64,000 nt of DNA from NCBI GenBank assembly GCA_028534125.1, contig CM052816.1:57476001-57540000 (forward strand). The letters are read 5' to 3'. Source of the stretch: Lama glama. Taxonomy: Eukaryota. Below, piece by piece: positions 61,623 to 64,000 of the stretch. The number at the start of each line of letters is the position of its first letter. Position 1 is the stretch's first letter. A program made the translations under genes and the position numbers. A model generated the notes under the pieces. That model saw nothing but the letters and a program-made list of their open reading frames with translations. It searched no databases and was not told the origin of the DNA.

Positions 61623-62544
61623 AAGAATAATGACATATATGTAATATCATTATTTTTAGAATAGTCCCTGGTTCATTATAAGCATTAGTTATTATTATTG
61701 TCATTAGTATGAGTTATTTTATTACATAATATAGTAATATATTATATTAGTAGTAGTATTATTATAGATGCTAAATAAGTATCTGTGGAATGAACATATG
61801 TAAGCTGTTTTATTGCAATATTCCTTTGTGCATAGGAAATTATGCTAGAGTCTGTGTCTCTATTAACCATGCTTTTGGAAAGAATGGTTATACTCAATAA
61901 GAGAATCACATCTAAGGTGTTACCATGTTCTACTTAGCATCTACTTACACAAGTTACAGAAAAATAGTTTTTCATATTAGCCTTGCAAATCCAGATCTAT
62001 TAAGAGAACCCATTTCCTTACCAAACTCAGAAAAGGTTAGTGAGAAGATGAATATGAGTGTTATGAGCTCCTCAGAATAAAGCAGTTATTAAGTTCAGGG
62101 CCATAACGCCCTAAACCATTAAAGAGCAAATGAACTTGAATCCTATTCTCAAGAAGAGGTTTTTGAACATAAAGAGAATATATTTTGATTTGTTTGTGTA
62201 TGTTTACTGCAAAGAAAAGGCCAAGAAGTCATCAATAATACAGCTGGGGGAAAGTATTGGATTTAAGCTTTGCTTTAAATGAATCTGTTTGTGTTCTGTT
62301 TTGGATCACTTCCTAACGTCAATACTCATCAACCTTAAAGGACCTCTTTGAGCTCTAAAAAGATATCTATCCATGGAGGTAACATTTAGAAAGACTACAG
62401 TTGTGTTTTAAAATTTATGTCTAAAATCGACTTCTCTTTAAACATAATCATGCTTATCTTTCAGGAAACAAGTCACAGGAGATTATGTAATTTTGTTTAT
62501 ATTTTCTGTGGGAAATTTTAAAGAATATGATTAAGGTGATTTAT

Positions 62545-62702
62545 GCCCAATGTGTGAATCTCAGATCAACAGCATAAGCATCACCTGGGAGCTTGTCAGA
62601 AATGCAGACCCTCAGGCCCCACCCCAGACCTCCTGAGTCAGAATCTGCATTTTACCCAGATCCCTGGGTAATTTTAAATGCACTCACAGTTGAGAAGCCC
62701 TG
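62545..62702. mobile_element. hAT-Charlie MITE (MER5A-like)
   Basis: agcatcacctgggagcttgtcagaaatgcagaccctcaggccccaccccagacctcctgagtcagaatctgcatttt. Confidence 0.88.
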
Positions 62703-63227
62703 CTCTCTGTAGTTGGACAATTGAATAAACTGAGACTTTTGCTAAGCATCTGGTAGGTGGGACACAATTTAGTCTGGTGGTCGCTTAGATAAGCACAAGT
62801 CCAAGGTGGAAAAAAATGTTGCTCAAATGGCATGTTGATTTTTATGAAATGAAGGTCACCTGAGGATATTAAAATGAAGAAAGGCAGTCTGATCAGCGTG
62901 TATCATGCTCCTTCCTGTCCTGTCATTTACATAATTAGAAACATATTGTATATGTTGTCTGCTTATGTAGCCAGATGCACATTGAACAGCGCATCACATC
63001 TGTTTAGTAATTCAGAAGTTGGATTTTCATGGGAGAAAGTTATCTAATTACAGTGTCACTAAACTCACGCTAATTTCACAACATTCATTTCTCAGTCCTT
63101 TATGGAGAGTGAGATTAGGAAACATCCAGAAAGAGCAAGTCAGGTCTGTTGTATGAAGTCTGTAGTCATTGGCTAATTCAAAATAAAACAATCACACAGT
63201 CCAATCCACACACAATCCTCCTGTTAC

Positions 63228-63369
63228 CTTCTGCAGACTCTTATTGTTGAAGCTTATATCCAAGGACATTTATCCTCTCCTTCCTTGGCTTAGAGCACCA
63301 GCGGATTTAAAGCTCTCTTTCATATGGTTTGTCACAGAGTAATGGTAACTGATAAGTGATCTCTCTTCT
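63228..63369 (-). pseudogene. Candidate decayed exon
   Basis: Acceptor ctcactctgtctccaag, donor AAG|gtaaca. Translates RREITYQLPLLCDKPYEREL*IRWCSKPRKERINVLGYKLQQ*ESAE. Confidence 0.4.
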
Positions 63370-63807
63370 CTTGGAGACAGAGTGAGCTAATGAGATTTGA
63401 TGACTGCCTCTGGTTAAAGCAGCAGGACTGATGAATGCACTAGTGACTCTACTGACCCCTGTAAACAGATTTTTATTGACAGTCTGTTGACATAACAAAC
63501 TAAGAGTTTGTGATTAAGATTTTCTAAGCCCTTGAATAAATAAGATTTTTTTTTCTAATAGTACTTAGTTTACTACTGTCTAAGTTGTCTTGATTATCTA
63601 CCACTTTCCTGGAAGCTCTTCCACTGTCCACTGTTTTTTAGTTATTTACAAAATGTGCTTTTGTCTAAAAGCACATATATATATATATACACATTTTTTT
63701 TACCACCCCTGCCCCACCCCCAGCAGAACTCAGCAACATATAAAACCTGGCTGCAGTAATTGATTTTTCAATTTCAATGTTGTTGGGAGATGGAAGTAAA
63801 GGGTTAC

Positions 63808-64000
63808 CTCAGAACCCATCTGGAAGCATTCTGCTCTAAATCAAACTACTCTGGTGAGTAACAGTTGTTGCCTTGGTGAGCTTTATTGCCATTGCTGATG
63901 CAGCTTGCTCTAGCCAGCCTACCACAAGGGACATATAATCGGAGCCCCGTATTCAAGCCCCTCTCGGAAGAAATCCATAAAAGAGCAGAGATGTGAACCC
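63808..64000 (-). pseudogene. Candidate decayed exon, RGS helix 3-5-like
   Basis: Donor GAG|gtaacc. Translates SFMDFFREGLEYGAPIICPLW*A, then after a frameshift LEQAASAMAIKLTKATTVTHQSSLI*SRMLPDG. Confidence 0.4.

Larger units (their letters stand above)
2005..64000 (-). pseudogene. Putative decayed multi-exon gene with several RGS-like domains (RGS22/RGSL1-like), 5' end outside the window
   Basis: Series of co-oriented AG/GT-bounded non-repeat segments with stops and frameshifts. Several translate to RGS-helix-like motifs, and the last one is followed by AATAAA at 2005-2010. Assignment is by eye only. Confidence 0.55.

Overview
AT-rich, repeat-dense mammalian genomic DNA with two 500-N assembly gaps. 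The tRNA-Ala-derived SINEs and young L1 3' ends point to a camelid (Camelus/Vicugna-like); this is an inference. The only intact protein-coding gene I can support is a single-exon germline histone variant H2B.L (subH2B/SubH2Bv, H2BL1) at 35931-36317 (-). It has a TATA/CCAAT/CRE-like promoter, a poly(A) signal instead of a histone stem-loop, and an apparent stop-loss that adds a 6-aa tail. The main unexplained signal is a chain of about 15 splice-site-bounded, non-repeat segments on the minus strand, running from beyond 64000 down to an AATAAA at about 2005. Their hand translations contain stops and frameshifts but repeatedly show RGS-box-like motifs, suggesting a large decayed multi-RGS-domain gene (RGS22/RGSL1-like) that hosts H2B.L in an intron. 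The rest is L1, MIR/L2, MaLR and ERV1 LTRs, a tRNA-Gln-primed ERV remnant and DNA-transposon MITEs. Repeat family names and the RGS assignment come from pattern recognition, not database searches.
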